Source: Octopus vulgaris (lineage: Eukaryota). Taken from it: 64,000 nucleotides of DNA. The translations under genes were made by a program, and so were the position numbers. Shown here one piece after another: positions 1 to 13,564 of the stretch; position 1 is the first letter of the stretch, and every line of letters begins with the position of its first letter. Below the pieces are notes generated by a model. The model saw only the letters and a list, made by a program, of their open reading frames with translations. It was not told where the DNA came from and ran no database searches. Location: assembly GCA_951406725.2 (NCBI GenBank), contig OX597817.1, forward strand, positions 138,694,001-138,758,000, given 5' to 3'.

Positions 1-110
1 ATACCTACATAAATGTATTATATATATTATAAATATTTATTTCCCAAAATAAAAAAGAATCGGAAATCTTTCTCGGGTCATAGGCCCATCAGGTCGCTTT
101 CCCGGATTTT

Positions 111-406
111 ATGGAAGATATATTTCCTCCTTGGATGACACATTGGGATAAAAGAAAAACCACCAAATTATCCTGTCATATATGGTTCTTAAAAAACAGC
201 GAGTCAGCGATAGGATATACTGGAAGATCCTGGCTAAGTGTAAACCATATACCAACGGTGGTGGCAAGTGCGGTCTTTGTGATATGGAAAAATGGCTCAT
301 CTGGAAAAATTCCTTGAACCCCACTACATGCCTAAATTCAAAAACTGAATTTTTTTGTTCATGTCCATATTTGACAAAATACCTGTTACAGTTTTGGGCA
401 CCCTAA
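111..406 (+). pseudogene. Penelope-like element GIY-YIG endonuclease C-terminal fragment (frameshifted)
   Basis: Two overlapping frames give TTKLSCHIWFLK then WKILAKCKPYTNGGGKCGLCDMEKWLI...LNSKTEFFCSCPY, matching the typical PLE C-terminus pattern (LS.hiW.LK; W.I....pY...C.LC..EK..I..LN...E..s.C). Confidence 0.65.
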
Positions 407-535
407 GATCACGGATAGAATTCGCATTTTTACTATGTTCCTGCACAAGCATTCCATATGTCTTAACATTTTTTTATTGTTTTTATATATATATTCTCAT
501 TTTTTTTTAATTGCGTGAATATGTACGTGTGTGAG

Positions 536-561
<26 letters not shown>

Positions 562-566
<5 letters not shown>

Positions 567-752
567 AGAGTTTACGAAAAAAACAAAAGACGAAGACAGT
601 TGGTGTACAAAACAAACAGATGTATTAATATAACGCTCAGGAATAGAAAAAGTTTTTTACGTTTCGAGCCTACGCTCTTCTACTGAAAGGGACACCGAAA
701 AAAACAGGAGAGAAACAAGGAGAGAAAAAAATGTGTGTAGTGGTTAACGATC
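562..752 (-). mobile_element. Short non-autonomous repeat (family X) with a decayed minimal hammerhead; probable PLE pLTR derivative
   Basis: Near-identical to 13561-13745, 49298-49605 and, inverted, 7330-7500. Sits next to (TA)n. Minus strand 655-688 reads TTT-CAGTAGA-A-GAGC-GTAG-GCTC-GAAACGTA-AAA. Confidence 0.65.
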
Positions 753-976
753 GTGCGTGTGTATATATGTGTATGTGTGTATGTATATGAGTGTAGGACT
801 CTGTCCACTGCATAAGTGCGACTTTCATGCACACGACTCCTTCATTTATACGGATATGCATATGCTTGTATATCTGCGGTTGTAGGTGTTTGATAGAACG
901 ATGTATATGTAAATATATATGTGTGTATATATGTGCATATATGCATGAATGTATATGCGGGAGTATGAATGTATAC

Positions 977-1021
<45 letters not shown>

Positions 1022-1492
1022 CAAGCATACACACACTGAGCAGCTAATTTCCACAACTGTGCACAATTTCTCTTCTCTATCCCAAATCATATAAGTTCTG
1101 TTGTGCTTACATTTTATTGAGGTCTTCACTGGGACATTTCACCAGTATTCCTTTTAATGTATGTATACATATATACATACATACATTACGTGCCTAAATA
1201 AACGGGTATCACCTAAATATACACACTTGCTCATAAAGTTACATATACACAAATAAATTCGAAACTATGACATTACCAAAATTAAATCAATAAAAGATTT
1301 TCCCGGAGCATCTCTCCATGACAATCCACCCTAAAACCTAATTACCTACCATTCCATTCAAACTTACATATACAAGGAAGATTTCCACTCGACAGACTAT
1401 ATATAAAGCCAAGAATAACTTTAATACTTCGCAGTTACTATCAATAATATTTTTATTTAAGAATTATATATACATAAACATGCACACACACA

Positions 1493-1526
<34 letters not shown>

Positions 1527-1899
1527 TATATATAAAGGTTAAACGAAAGCGCTCACACACTAGAAAAAGCTTCTTCCCAAAACAGGTTAGTAACATCCTC
1601 ATAAAGGATTTCATAACACTTTTTTTTAAAATAATTACTTTAAAAAATCATCTGTACACTTCAAAAATTGTATTAAGTAATTGTGATACACTTTCAAATA
1701 TACATACATACATGGTAGCTGCTCCCTCGTTATCGAGTATGGCCATTGCACGAGTATGGCCATTGCACGAGTATGGCCAATGTTGTTATCGTGCAATGCC
1801 TGTGCAAGAAGATTTTTTTTAAAGTGAGGAAAGGCTGTGCACTGAGTCAATCCCACTCACTAAGTAACAGCAGCCATAATCCGAAAAGAAGAACAAGTC

Positions 1900-2280
1900 A
1901 ACATCATCGGTAACCACAGAGTCGCAGGTTTTATGTCGGAGTTAACCCAGTTACCTGAGTTACCTTCTCCTAGAAGGATGCCCTAACAAAAGCTAGGAGT
2001 CCTTCACTCCCAATGGTTTAACCGTGCGATCGGGTATTCAGTCCGATTATTTCTATGTCCCCGCGCATGATACAGCTTTAAGACGTTTATTGGATGGCCG
2101 TTGACTCTCGAGAGCTCCTCCGTCCTTTGAAAGGTTTTGTTTTTCATCACGCAGGGTGTCCAATAAACACCCTCCTCACCAAGCAAGCTTGGTAGGGTTG
2201 CCGGTTTAGTCGCCGACGACCCGACCATGCAACAGGTTGTACTGGGTTACATATTACCAGTAGAACTCGAAAGTGACCTG
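1900..2280 (-). mobile_element. RTE 5'UTR-like or RTE-derived SINE fragment
   Basis: Minus strand has GGGCATCCTTCTAGGAGAAGGTAACTC...AAACCT, resembling from memory a conserved motif in RTE-clade 5'UTRs. No ORF. Confidence 0.3.
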
Positions 2281-2479
2281 ACATACATACGTACACTTCC
2301 GGTTTCGTTGAAGAAAGATGTGCTTTTTCGTTCTCCTGCATAAATCGACGAAAAAATCTGCTAAAACTGACAAAAACGTAGGACTTGTTACTTCATAACT
2401 GTCTACTATAATATACTGATTAAAAAACCTAATATATTTATTACAGTGATAGTTGAATACAGTACATCAAAGTCAGTGA

Positions 2480-2995
2480 CCCTTTATCTCTCTTTACACC
2501 TACTCTTTCCCTCTCTCTTCCATATCTTACTCTTTTCCTCATATCTCTCCTTCTCTTTCATATCTTTCTCTTTTCTCACTTCTCTATTCTTTCCTTTGTA
2601 TCCCACAGCTACCTTTCCTCCTGTCACCTCACCCTCTCCCACATATACTTCTCATTTTCTCCCTCTTCTCACTCCGTTTCTCTCTTTCTCTCACACCCTT
2701 CATCCTTTTCTGTCTGTCCCTCAATCTGTCTCTCTTTCTCTTCCCATCCTCTCCCTCCTTCTGTCTCTCTTTGTCTTCCCCTCCTCTTCCTCACTCTGTC
2801 TCTCTTTCTCTCCCCTTCCTCTACCTCCCTGTCTCTCTAACACCCCCATCTCTTTCCTCATATCACCCTCTCTCTTTCTTTCATAGCACTTCTCCCTTTT
2901 TTATATATCTCCCTCTCTCTTTCCCTATTACCCCCTCTGTGTTTCTTCTTTTCTACCTCCCTCAATCTCTTCCTCTCTATCCTCTACTCTGCCTC
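2480..2995. repeat. Polypyrimidine (CT-rich) low-complexity tract
   Basis: About 500 bp dominated by C/T on the plus strand. Confidence 0.85.
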
Positions 2996-3012
2996 TGGGC
3001 TTAAAAACGAAG

Positions 3013-3680
3013 ATGGCACCAAAGTGGGAGAAGAATGAATTGAATCTTCTGTTGCGAGCATGGGTAATTGCTAGTGGCGATCCGCCAAACAACATTATCA
3101 CTGCTGCACTGAAAAACAATGGCTTTCACAGAACCATTGATCGGATAGAGCGGAAGAAGAATGAATTCATCCGATCCTATATGCTTATCAGACCAACATT
3201 GACATAATCGAAAACTATTGTGACAAGTCTGATAAGGATGGAGAAGATGAAAAGGTAACAAAACCCGGAAGTCTCTTTGATCCAGTCGTTCCTGATAAGA
3301 ATGGATCACCCACTCCTCTGAACGACCAGGCAGAAAAGGATAAGGGATCCAAGGAAAGAGCAACTAGAAGCCCCTCTGTGTCAGTGGTCCAACAAAGGAA
3401 CGGATCCCTCATCACATTGGACAACCAGAGGGAAAAGGTTCCCACCACAAGAAAAGTAAGAACGGAACACAAACACAAACATAAAGAAGGAAAGGAAAAA
3501 AGAGGAAAAGGCAAAAATGAAACAACCAAAACAGAAACCCCAACCCACCAAACAAAAAACAGAGAACCATGGAGGATCCAATGCCATCCACAAGCCTACA
3601 GGAAATAAGAAATTTGGAAGTCACTGAAGAACATGCAAATTTTATCTGCAAGGCAAATGTTGGCATGGGGAAGACGGAAA
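3013..3680 (+). pseudogene. Degraded transposon-like coding segment starting with a Myb/SANT-like motif
   Basis: ORF MAPKWEKNELNLLLRAW...IITAALKNNGFHRTIDRIERK fits the W...E...LL..W...L...GF.RT...I..K pattern. It is followed by broken K/E-rich frames. Confidence 0.35.
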
Positions 3681-3703
3681 AAACTATATATATAAATATA
3701 TAT

Positions 3704-4075
3704 AATCAAACGGTTCCGGGTTCAGTCCCACTGCGTGGCATCTTGGGCAAGTGTCTTCTACTATAGCGTCGGACCGACCAAAGCCTTGTGAGTAGATCTA
3801 TTAGACGGAAACTGAAAGAAGCCCGTCGTATATATGCATATATATGTATGTGTGTGTGTATATGTTTGTGTGTCTGTGTTTGTCCCCCCAACATCGCTTG
3901 ACAACGGATGCTGGCGTGTTTACGTTCCCATAACTTAGCGGTTCGGCAAAAGAGACCGATAGAATAAGTACTGGGCTGAGAAAGAATAAGTCCTGGGGTC
4001 GATTTGCTCGACTAAAGGCGGTGCTCCAGCATGGCCACATTCAAATGACTGAAACAAGTAAAAGAGTAAAAAAGA
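3704..4075 (+). mobile_element. tRNA-derived SINE family A (5'-truncated)
   Basis: B-box-like GGTTCAGTCCC, internal (TA/TG)n, 3' end GGCGGTGCTCCAGCATGGCC...GAAACAAGTAAAAGA. Homologous to 50873-51260 and 60451-60822. Confidence 0.85.
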
Positions 4076-4103
4076 ATATATATATATATATATTTTTTTT
4101 TTT

Positions 4104-6064
4104 GCTGTACTTTCAGCTCATAGCTGCGGCCATGCTGATGCACCGCCGTCTTGCTACACTATTATTACTGAGAACCTCCTCCAATATGTGGTACTTGGTG
4201 AAGAATGGAGTTTGATGTAGCTACCCTCATTTGCACCTCTTGCCGTGAGGTAGGTTCATCTGGGACTCTGTGGGCCCTCGAAACACAGGCTGTTGTAGTA
4301 ACTGGTCCTGAAGCACGATGGCACTATGCAGTGTCGACCCATTCTGGCATTGGTGTAGCTTTCAATGCCAAAATTTGGCACAATTCTTTCCAGGATCTTC
4401 CAGATATATATTACTGCATACCTCTCCCGTCTTCTCTCCAGGGAGTAGAGTCTTAGCTGTTTCAACCTTTCCCAGTAGCTGAGCTGTTGCAAAGAGACGA
4501 TCTTCTTTGTGAATCTTCTCAGGATTGCTTCAAGGTCCGCTGTTAATTTCACATTGGTGAGTGGCCATAGCTTTGAGCAGTAATCCAGGTGGCTGAGGAC
4601 CATCATGGTTTCCTTATCTTTGTTTCTGAATGTTCTCAGGATCCATTCAGCCAGTCGTCTGCTCTTGGTCGCCATCCTGGTAATGTGCACTTTGTAAGAG
4701 GTATCATCCCTCATGTTGATACCCAGGTCTCCTCACTGATTTAGGCTCTGAGATTCAAATTACCTGTGGACCTGTGGACTCTGTAAGTTTCATATTCAGT
4801 TTTGGACGCTGGTAGCGCAGGGCTTGGAATTTTTCAGCATTAAACTGCATATTATTATCCTCAGCCCATCTGTAAATTGAGTCCAACTCCTGCTGCAGGT
4901 GTGCAACATCACTGGGGTTCTGTATTTTCTGCGAGACTTTCGTATCGTCTGCATAGCTTGCAAATGTGGCTATCCTGGCACTTGCGGGCATATCTGAGAG
5001 GTCCACTATAAAAAACAGTGGTCCCAAGACAGTGCCTTGTAGAACACCGCTCACTATTTGTGTTTTCATAGAGGTGACCCCACTAGCCACGACTGCCTGA
5101 CTTCTATCTTTCAGAAAGTCATGTAACCACTCTCTAAATTTTCCAGCTATGCCGAGATCACGCTGTTGATGGCATATCATACCATGATCCACCTTGTCAA
5201 AAGCTTTTGCAAAATCAAGGTATATGACGTCCACATTTGATCTGTTGAGTAACTGCCTCAACACCCAGTCATAATGTTGTAAGAGCTGGGTCAGGCAGCT
5301 CCTACCTGGTCGAAAACCATGCTGGGTATCACTCAGCAAGTTACTTTCTTCAAGGAATGCGATTAGTTTCTCTTTGACTATCCGTTCCATGACTTTACTG
5401 TTGTGTGAAGTCAGAGAGATAGGCCTATAGTTTTGGCATCTGCTTTGCTTCCCCCTTTACGGATTGGGCATGTTATTCCCTCCTTCAGCTTGCTTGGCTG
5501 TCTGTCATTTGCAAAAAAGCTAAGGAAGAGAATCTGGAAGGGTTTTGTCATGGCATGCTAACACGATTTGATGAGGATTGCTGGGAAACCATCAGGACCA
5601 GTAGTTGAGTTTGTGTTCACTTCATCAATGGCTAGTAGTATATCTTCTTCGCTAATGTCAATGTATTCTATTGTAACTGCTTCGCTGGTCATAGGTAAGG
5701 CGGCAAAGAAGTCCACTGGTTCATTCACTTGTCTGTGTTCCAACGGGGTGGTAAAGACACTTTTGAACTGGTTATTCAGTATCTCACTGATCTTAGTTGG
5801 ACTGTCTGTGAGGGAGCCATCCTTTTGGAGGAGGGGTCCTATCTTGTAGTGTACTGTGGCTGTTTTTTTCGCGTAATGAAAGAAGGCCTTTGGGTTTGAC
5901 TTAATGTTTTCTATAACCCAGGCTCCTTTTGTCTGCTTTCTCCCTCACATAGGATTGTTGCAGCCTTTTTGCGATCTCCATCAGTGTTGTTTTTAGGCGG
6001 GACCCTTCGCTACTTTTGAGATGTTGGTTGAGTCGATTTGCAGCCTTCATCCGTCGTTTCATGA
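4104..6064 (-). mobile_element. Degraded CR1/L2-group LINE, RT region and 3' end
   Basis: Broken ORFs 5558-5743, 4755-5390 ([32 protein letters not shown]) and 4256-4714 ([10 protein letters not shown]). Same family as the 40.5-43.9 kb element but more diverged. Confidence 0.93.
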
Positions 6065-6156
6065 CGCTGCGCTGTAGATTTTGAAAAAATTAGGATGTAT
6101 AAACAAGAGGCACATAATTTTGATCGCCTCGTATTTATACGTTTAACCCTAGGGGA

Positions 6157-6239
6157 TCCTGCTGAAGACGATTTCATCTAGCGAGTATATGTTATTCATT
6201 TGCTTGCTAAACTAAAATCAGAAACCGATTGGTCCAGGA
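6157..6239 (+). ncRNA. Type I hammerhead ribozyme motif with extended stem II
   Basis: TCCTG-CTGAAGA-[long hairpin: GATTT/AAATC and TAGCGAGT/GCTTGCTA]-GAAA-CC-GATT-GGTC-CAGGA. Intact core, stems I and III pair, GUC cleavage triplet at 6232-6234. Confidence 0.75.
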
Positions 6240-6770
6240 AACTAGATGGTAAAATGTTTTTATTTTTTCATTTCGTTACTGTCGAATTTTATCCATAATT
6301 TTGGGGTTATAGAACCTAGCTGTTCTTACTAGCATGTTGAATCCCACGAGTGGATTTCTCATGAGTTTAAATATATATGAGATAGAGAGAGAGAGAATAT
6401 AAAGGGAGTCAAGAGGTATGACATGAATATATTTATTTCACCAGTGATCTCCGGAGCTAGCCTTCATACATCCATATGATTACGACCGTTTCGCAGCAAC
6501 TTCATGGAAAAATAATTGATTTTAGTGTATGATAAATTATTTTACATGTCTGCATTAGTGTATATGTCATAAATTATATACTACTATTATACATTTTACA
6601 AGATAATACAGGTATAGCTCTTCAGATCACAGAATACCGAGATTACATCCATTCTTCAACTCAATAGATGCGCACCAAACATCATCTTCAACTCAATAGA
6701 CACATACCAATAGTCATACATTATTGTATATATCAATGGATACATTTATACATTAATATTTTGAAGATGA

Positions 6771-6985
6771 AAAGGCGGCGAGCTGGCAGAAACGTTAGCA
6801 CGCCGGGCAAAATGCTTAGCGGTATTTCGCCTATCTTTACCTTCTGAGCTCAAATTCCGCCGAGGCCGACTTTGCCTTTCATCCTTTCGGAGTCGATAAA
6901 TTAAGTACCAGTTGCGTACTGGGGTCGGTCTAATCAACCGGCTCCTTCCCCCAAAATTTCGGGCCTTGTGCCTAGAGTAGAAAAG
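6771..6985 (+). mobile_element. tRNA-derived SINE family B with 16-bp TSD
   Basis: Starts AAGGCGGCGAGCTGGCAGAAACGTTAGC. Flanked by AATATTTTGAAGATGA at 6755-6770 and 6986-7001. Confidence 0.9.
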
Positions 6986-7279
6986 AATATTTTGAAGATG
7001 ACTTTTTGCATGTATATATTGAGGTGAAGAGTGGACGTAACCATGATATTCTATGATCTCAGGAGCTAGCTTTCTATACCTGTATTACCCGGTAAAATAA
7101 ACAATAATAATACACAATTTATAAAACATATACACTATTACAAAATAAATATGCAAATAATCGTTCTAGATTTCGCTGTGCGCGATGCAAATAACGATTA
7201 TGTACACATACGCAATCACACACGCATACACACCACACACACACATATACATACATACATACATACATACATACATACA

Positions 7280-7312
<33 letters not shown>

Positions 7313-7329
7313 GTGTGTGTGTGTCTGAT

Positions 7330-7498
7330 TAACTGCTAAATCCACAAGTTTTTAAAAATTCTCTCTGTGTTAATCTCCCCGTTTTCCTTTCTGTTGAAGA
7401 GCGTAAGCTCGAAACGTAAAATACTTTCTCACCTTCAAACTGATACACCCGCTTGTTGTTTATACACCTGTCTTCGTCTTTTGTTTTTCTGTAAATTT

Positions 7499-7500
<2 letters not shown>
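7330..7500 (+). mobile_element. Family X short element with variant minimal hammerhead (7388-7421)
   Basis: TTT-CTGTTGA-A-GAGC-GTAA-GCTC-GAAACGTA-AAA. Reverse-complement homology to 562-752. Confidence 0.6.
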
Positions 7501-7534
<34 letters not shown>

Positions 7535-7589
7535 CGTGAGCGCGCTTCGTGTGTGTGGGCTTGCTTCGGATGTGCGCATGCGTATGTAT

Positions 7590-9075
7590 GCATACATACC
7601 CACATACATACACGCACACCTACTCACACACACACATACACACACACACATACCCGCACACACACACACATACATACATACACACACATACCCACTTCAG
7701 ACATACACACACACAGACATACACCCATACACTCACACTCACACGCATACACACACACACATACACACGCACACGTACACATACACACACACACACACAC
7801 CTACATACATACATCACACTTGTATACACACACACTTACATTCATACACACACACACCTACACAGCCATACCCTCACTCAGACACACACATCTACCTACA
7901 CACACAAACACACACTGACACACACCCATACATACATACATCTACACACTCACGCCTACACACATACATACACACATACATAAACACACACACATACACA
8001 TACACACACATACGCACACACGCATATACTTATACACATGCACACACACACACATACATACATACACCCATATACATACACACACACATACCTACATACT
8101 CCTATACGCACATACATACACACAGACATACACACATACACACTTACACAAACATACACACACACATACTTACACACACACTCACCTGCACGCGCACACA
8201 CATGCATGACAAACAACCATACACTCACACTCACATACGCACACACCAACATAAACACGCACACGCACACACACACCTACACTCCCACACACACACACGC
8301 ACGTACACATACATACACACACGCACGCATACACACGCATACACACATACATTACACACGTACACACACACCTACATACACATGCATACACATACACACA
8401 CAAACATGCACGGACACACCCAGACATACATACATACACCTATATACACACGCCCACACACCTACATACACACACATATACACACTCCCACACAGCTACA
8501 TACACACACATACATACACACACATACACGGACACACCCATACATACTTACATACATACACCTATACACACACGCCTACACACCTACACACACACATGCA
8601 TACACACACACACATGTACGCACATACACACACATATACGCACATACATATATACCCACACACATGCACACACACACACATACGCACATGCATGCATGCA
8701 TGCACACGCGCACACCTACACGCATACACACACACACACGCACGTACACATACATACATACACACACGCATACATACACCCATACACATACATGCATCCT
8801 ACACACACATACATACACACTCACACATACATACACACACACACACACTCACTCACACACCTGTATGTTCGCGCACACACATGCACATACACACACTTCC
8901 CCACACCCACACGTACATACATACACACTCATACACATACACACACACACACGGACATACATCTATGCACACACATATATACACACATACTCACATACAT
9001 TCATCGGACACACTGCCACCCAGACATACACACAGACACACTCACACATCCACACACACACATACTTACGCGCAT
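7590..9075. repeat. Degenerate (CA)n/(CATA)n microsatellite, about 1.5 kb
   Basis: Direct inspection. Source of the spurious His/Thr-rich ORFs. Confidence 0.95.
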
Positions 9076-9784
9076 ACTCGCAGGCGCGCGCACACACGCG
9101 CTTGCGCCGGTTCGCGCACGCATACGCGCCGGTTCGCGCACGCATACGCGCCGCATGCACCTCGCCCTTGGACCCGACGAGACCTCCCGCCCGTTCCTGG
9201 GATCGTCGCTTGTCGTTGGGTTTTCCCACGCCCGTCTCCGCGGGACCACTCTTCCATCTTCCCCTCAGCTGGAGTCCTTTTCCTTAACCCCCCCCTTTTT
9301 CGTTACACACACGCGCACACATATACACACATTGCTTAAATATATACATTACTCTTACACACATTCAATCTACTCGCCATTAATACTACCACGACACTGG
9401 ACACACACACACACTACTACTCAACACACGCTGGCACGCTACGTACGCCCCCACCCCTTCCCCTCCCTCCCTTCCCCCTTCCTTCCTTTTCTTACTACTG
9501 ACCTTTGTCTGCTATGCTGCTGCTATGCTGACCACCGTCTCGCCCTACCTCACACGCCTACACACAGACGCACACACTAACACATACATATATTTTTTGT
9601 TTTTTTATCTCGCCTCACACACACACATACACACACGCACACGCACACACTCACACATACACACACATCTGTTGCGTTACCAACCTTGTCTCCACTCTTT
9701 TGCCTTTAAAAACCCACTTTGCTCTTGTTATCGTAAACATCCGCCTTTCACCATGTGTAACTCCTAAACACCAGTCGTTTTTTT

Positions 9785-9962
9785 CTCTATCCCCGTTGCC
9801 CGCTCTGGGATCTTTCTTTCCTCTCTCTTCCTTCTTTATGTTTCCGACGAAGAGCTCCGCTCGAAACGTCATACCTCCCTGCTTCCATTTCCTGAGCGCC
9901 TATTAATAATAATACTGTAATTGTTCCATTGTTGTTGTTTTTTTGTTTCCCGTTTGGATTAA
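9785..9962 (+). mobile_element. Family X/Y short element with minimal hammerhead (9840-9874)
   Basis: GTTT-CCGACGA-A-GAGC-TCC-GCTC-GAAACGTC-ATAC. Reverse-complement homology to 12560-12770. Confidence 0.6.
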
Positions 9963-10002
9963 AATTATATATATATATATATACACATACATACATACAT
10001 AC

Positions 10003-10167
10003 ACGACGGGCATTTTTCAGTGTCCGTCTACCAAATCCACTCACGCGGGTTTGGTCGATCCGGGGATTATAGTAGAATACACTTGTCCGAAGATGTGACG
10101 CTGTGGGACTGAACCCGGAACCATGCGGTTGAAAAGCAAGCTTCTTAATACAGTCATACTTGCACTT
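10003..10167 (-). mobile_element. SINE family A, 5' half
   Basis: Reverse complement of the family A head (GGGACTGAACCCGGAACCATG; CCGTCTACCAAATCCACTCAC). Confidence 0.8.
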
Positions 10168-11075
10168 GTATGTGTGTGTGAGTGGGATGGACCTCTATTC
10201 ATTGGATCTACTAAATTCTGCGGAACCTGAGGCAATGGTTGAAGACACTCGCAAGAAGACACCGCACATTGGATGTCGAACAAGGAAACGCGTGGTCGCA
10301 GAGCAATCTTACTAACCAGAAGACCATGGCTACAGTACGACGAAGTTGAATATGTTACACACACTCATACACATAAACACACACACACGTACACGCAAAC
10401 ACGGCAGAAAGTAGGAAATAAAAACCGTTATAAGTGAAATCTGTTAACTCCGAAGAAAACCTAAAGAATTATGACGATGATAAATATAAAATAGAGAAAG
10501 CAAGCAAAAATATGGCGGTTAGAAGCAAACAGCGTTAATATTGATGTGGTTGGCTGGTGTTAAGAGTCGCAGTGAAACAGCTTCAACTAATGTGCATCAT
10601 TTATTATTCGCCTGGCACAGAATATAAAATATACGCTTATTATGTGCACTTGCAAAGACACCTGCCTAAAAATAAGACTTGTTAAATATTTACAGAAATA
10701 ATTGCGTATCCTGGTCAGTTTGCCTGTGTGTGTACGTGTGTGTCTGCGCGCACGCGCGTGTGTGTGTGTGTGTGTGTGTACGCGCACGTGCGTGTGTGTG
10801 GGCATATATGTGCCCATGTGTGTGTATGTATGTATGCGTGCATGCACGTATTCGTGTGTGTATTTATCCAAATACGTAAGGATATATGCATGCATGTATG
10901 TACGCATACATATATATATATATGTGTGTGTGTGTGTATGTGTATATGTATGTATGCATGCAGGTATGTATATATGTATGTATGCTTGTATGTATAATAT
11001 ATGCAGACGCATTTATCTGCGTATTTATACTACATGTATGTAAATACGTGTATGCATATACATACACTCCCAACG

Positions 11076-11112
<37 letters not shown>

Positions 11113-11133
11113 ACAAACGCACATATACATGCA

Positions 11134-11178
<45 letters not shown>

Positions 11179-11302
11179 TTATATAAAACATATTTTATTA
11201 TCGTAAACCTTTGTGTTGATACGATAAAAACAAATGGCTTTCAGGATATATACATACATATCTATATTTATCTATCTATCTACATATATATATATATATA
11301 CG

Positions 11303-11408
<106 letters not shown>

Positions 11409-11967
11409 TACGCATGTATATAAATGTGCATTCATATATATATGTATAAAAATACACACACACATGTGTGTGTGTATTTTTATACATATATATATATTAA
11501 TGCACATTTATATACATGCGTATATAAATATGTAAATATAGCTGTATGTATGTGGATGTGCGTATAACTGCTGGCAAAGAATTTTCTAAAACTCTTCTCT
11601 GCTCAGAATTGTTACAATCAGAATACACCTCCATTGAAATCCACAACATAAACAAGTGTAAAACTTAGTTATGTAGCCTCTCAGCTCTTCTTTCTACCTG
11701 AGATCCCGCCCTCCCTGTTTACAGCATGAACCCAACACTGTAACAGGAGTCAAAGGCCAGCAAATTTTCACTACCTAGCTACAAGGCTTCACCGACCCAC
11801 GAGAAGGTGCCTTTAGAAGAAAGGATTGTGCTGCCGTTAAGGCAGCAAACTGACAAAATCATGAAAACGTCGGCAAAAAAAAGGCTTATTAGCAGTATTT
11901 GTTCAAATGCCACTGAGGTCAAATTCGCCTTTCATTCATCCAGGTTTCATAAAGCAAGGTCGATACC

Positions 11968-12190
11968 TATTTCTTTACTACCCAAATGAGCTACACACAG
12001 AGAGGGCAAACAAGGACAGACAAACGGATTAAGTCGATTAGATCGACCCCAGTGCGTAACTGGTACTTATTTAATCGACCCCGAAAGGATGAAAGGCAAA
12101 GTCGACCTCGGCGGAGTTTGAACTCAGAACGCAACGGCAGACGAAATACGGCTACGCATTTCGCCTGGCGTGCTAACGATTCTGCCAACT
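11968..12190 (-). mobile_element. SINE family B, inserted next to an older plus-strand family B remnant (about 11835-11960)
   Basis: Homology to 6771-6985 and 56877-57107. Flanking TCGATACC repeat at 11960 and 12190. Confidence 0.85.
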
Positions 12191-12317
12191 CGATACCATT
12201 GAGCCCTGTACCAGTAAGATATTGGGCGGGGTGCCATCGACTAACTCCCTTCCTTCACAATGGCTGACTTGCACCTACATCGGAATTATTTTTTTGCCCG
12301 TTCTTTTATACTTTTCT

Positions 12318-12504
12318 TTTAGTTGTTTCAGTCGTTTCAGATCGACCCCAGGACTTATTCTTTAATAAGTAAGCTTAGTACTTGCTCTAGCGGTTTCTTT
12401 TGCTGAACCGTTAAGATACTGGGACGTAAACACATCAACATCGGTTGTCAAGTGATGTTGGGGGGACAAACTCAGATACATACATACATACATACATACA
12501 TACA

Positions 12505-12560
<56 letters not shown>

Positions 12561-12766
12561 AAGTTAATCCAAACATGAAAACACCAAGAGAAAACACAAC
12601 AACGCGAGGACGTGGAACAAATATAGTATTATTGAACGCTCAGGAAGGAAGGGAAGAAGGAGGGTTTTACGTTTCGAGCGGAGCTCTTCGTCAGAAACAT
12701 AGGAAAAGGAAAAATCCAGAGAAGGGAAGACGGAGGAAAAAAAATCGCCAACGGTACACACGCGGT

Positions 12767-12827
<61 letters not shown>

Positions 12828-13000
12828 GACGGTCTTCTTTCAGTTTCTGTCTTCCAAATCCACTGCGTGGCACGTTAGGCAATAGCCTCGGATCGACCAA
12901 ACGGTCGATCCGAGGCTATTGCCTAACGTGCCACGCAGTGGGACTGAACCGGGAACCACGTGGCTGGGAAACAAGCTTCTTACCACACAGCCACGCCTGT
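12318..13000 (-). mobile_element. SINE family A interrupted by a hammerhead element and carrying an internal palindrome
   Basis: 3' half at 12318-12480, 5' half at 12826-13000. Insertion 12560-12770 lies in its internal microsatellite. Confidence 0.8.
12664..12698 (-). ncRNA. Minimal type I hammerhead ribozyme motif
   Basis: Minus strand GTTT-CTGACGA-A-GAGC-TCC-GCTC-GAAACGTA-AAAC. Canonical core, 4-bp stems I and II, palindromic ACGT stem III as in PLE-associated minimal hammerheads. Confidence 0.75.
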
Positions 13001-13518
13001 TAGTCATTTGCTAAAAAAATTTCTTTCATTATAAGGAGACAACAAGAAGTATTTTAATTTGTATTTTAATTAGTTTTATTTTTAATTAAACTTGCTTGCT
13101 TTATTAAGTGGTAGAGTTCAAGCCGACTAATAGCTTGGTGCACGGAAACTGAAAGAAGCCCGTCAATTAGAAATAAATATGACTGTGTGCATGAGTGTGT
13201 GAGTGAATCTTTACGATCTGCATTGAGTTATGGTATATCAAGCGAGGCATGTCACCGCTCGCTTCTAAACCGCCGCATTTTAACTTATTTAAATATAGCT
13301 ACCTACAAAACACCCCCGACACGCACACACATATAAACAAATAGAGAGTGCTATATCATGAAGTACAAGGCTTACATAATGCAAATGAATACATTGCTAG
13401 AGACAAGAATAGATCGAAATTGTTACATTGCCAATAGAAAAGAAAAATTAGTCAAATAAAAGGTGGGTGTTTCCCACGTTTTGTCAGTATGTATGTATGT
13501 GTGTGTATGTATGAATGC

Positions 13519-13560
<42 letters not shown>

Positions 13561-13564
<4 letters not shown>

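Noticed and set aside
1734-1781. 17-bp tandem repeat CGAGTATGGCCATTGCA x about 2.7
   Set aside because: Ordinary local slippage duplication.
7367-9580. Long His/Thr-rich ORFs
   Set aside because: Translation of (CA)n repeats with no domain content.
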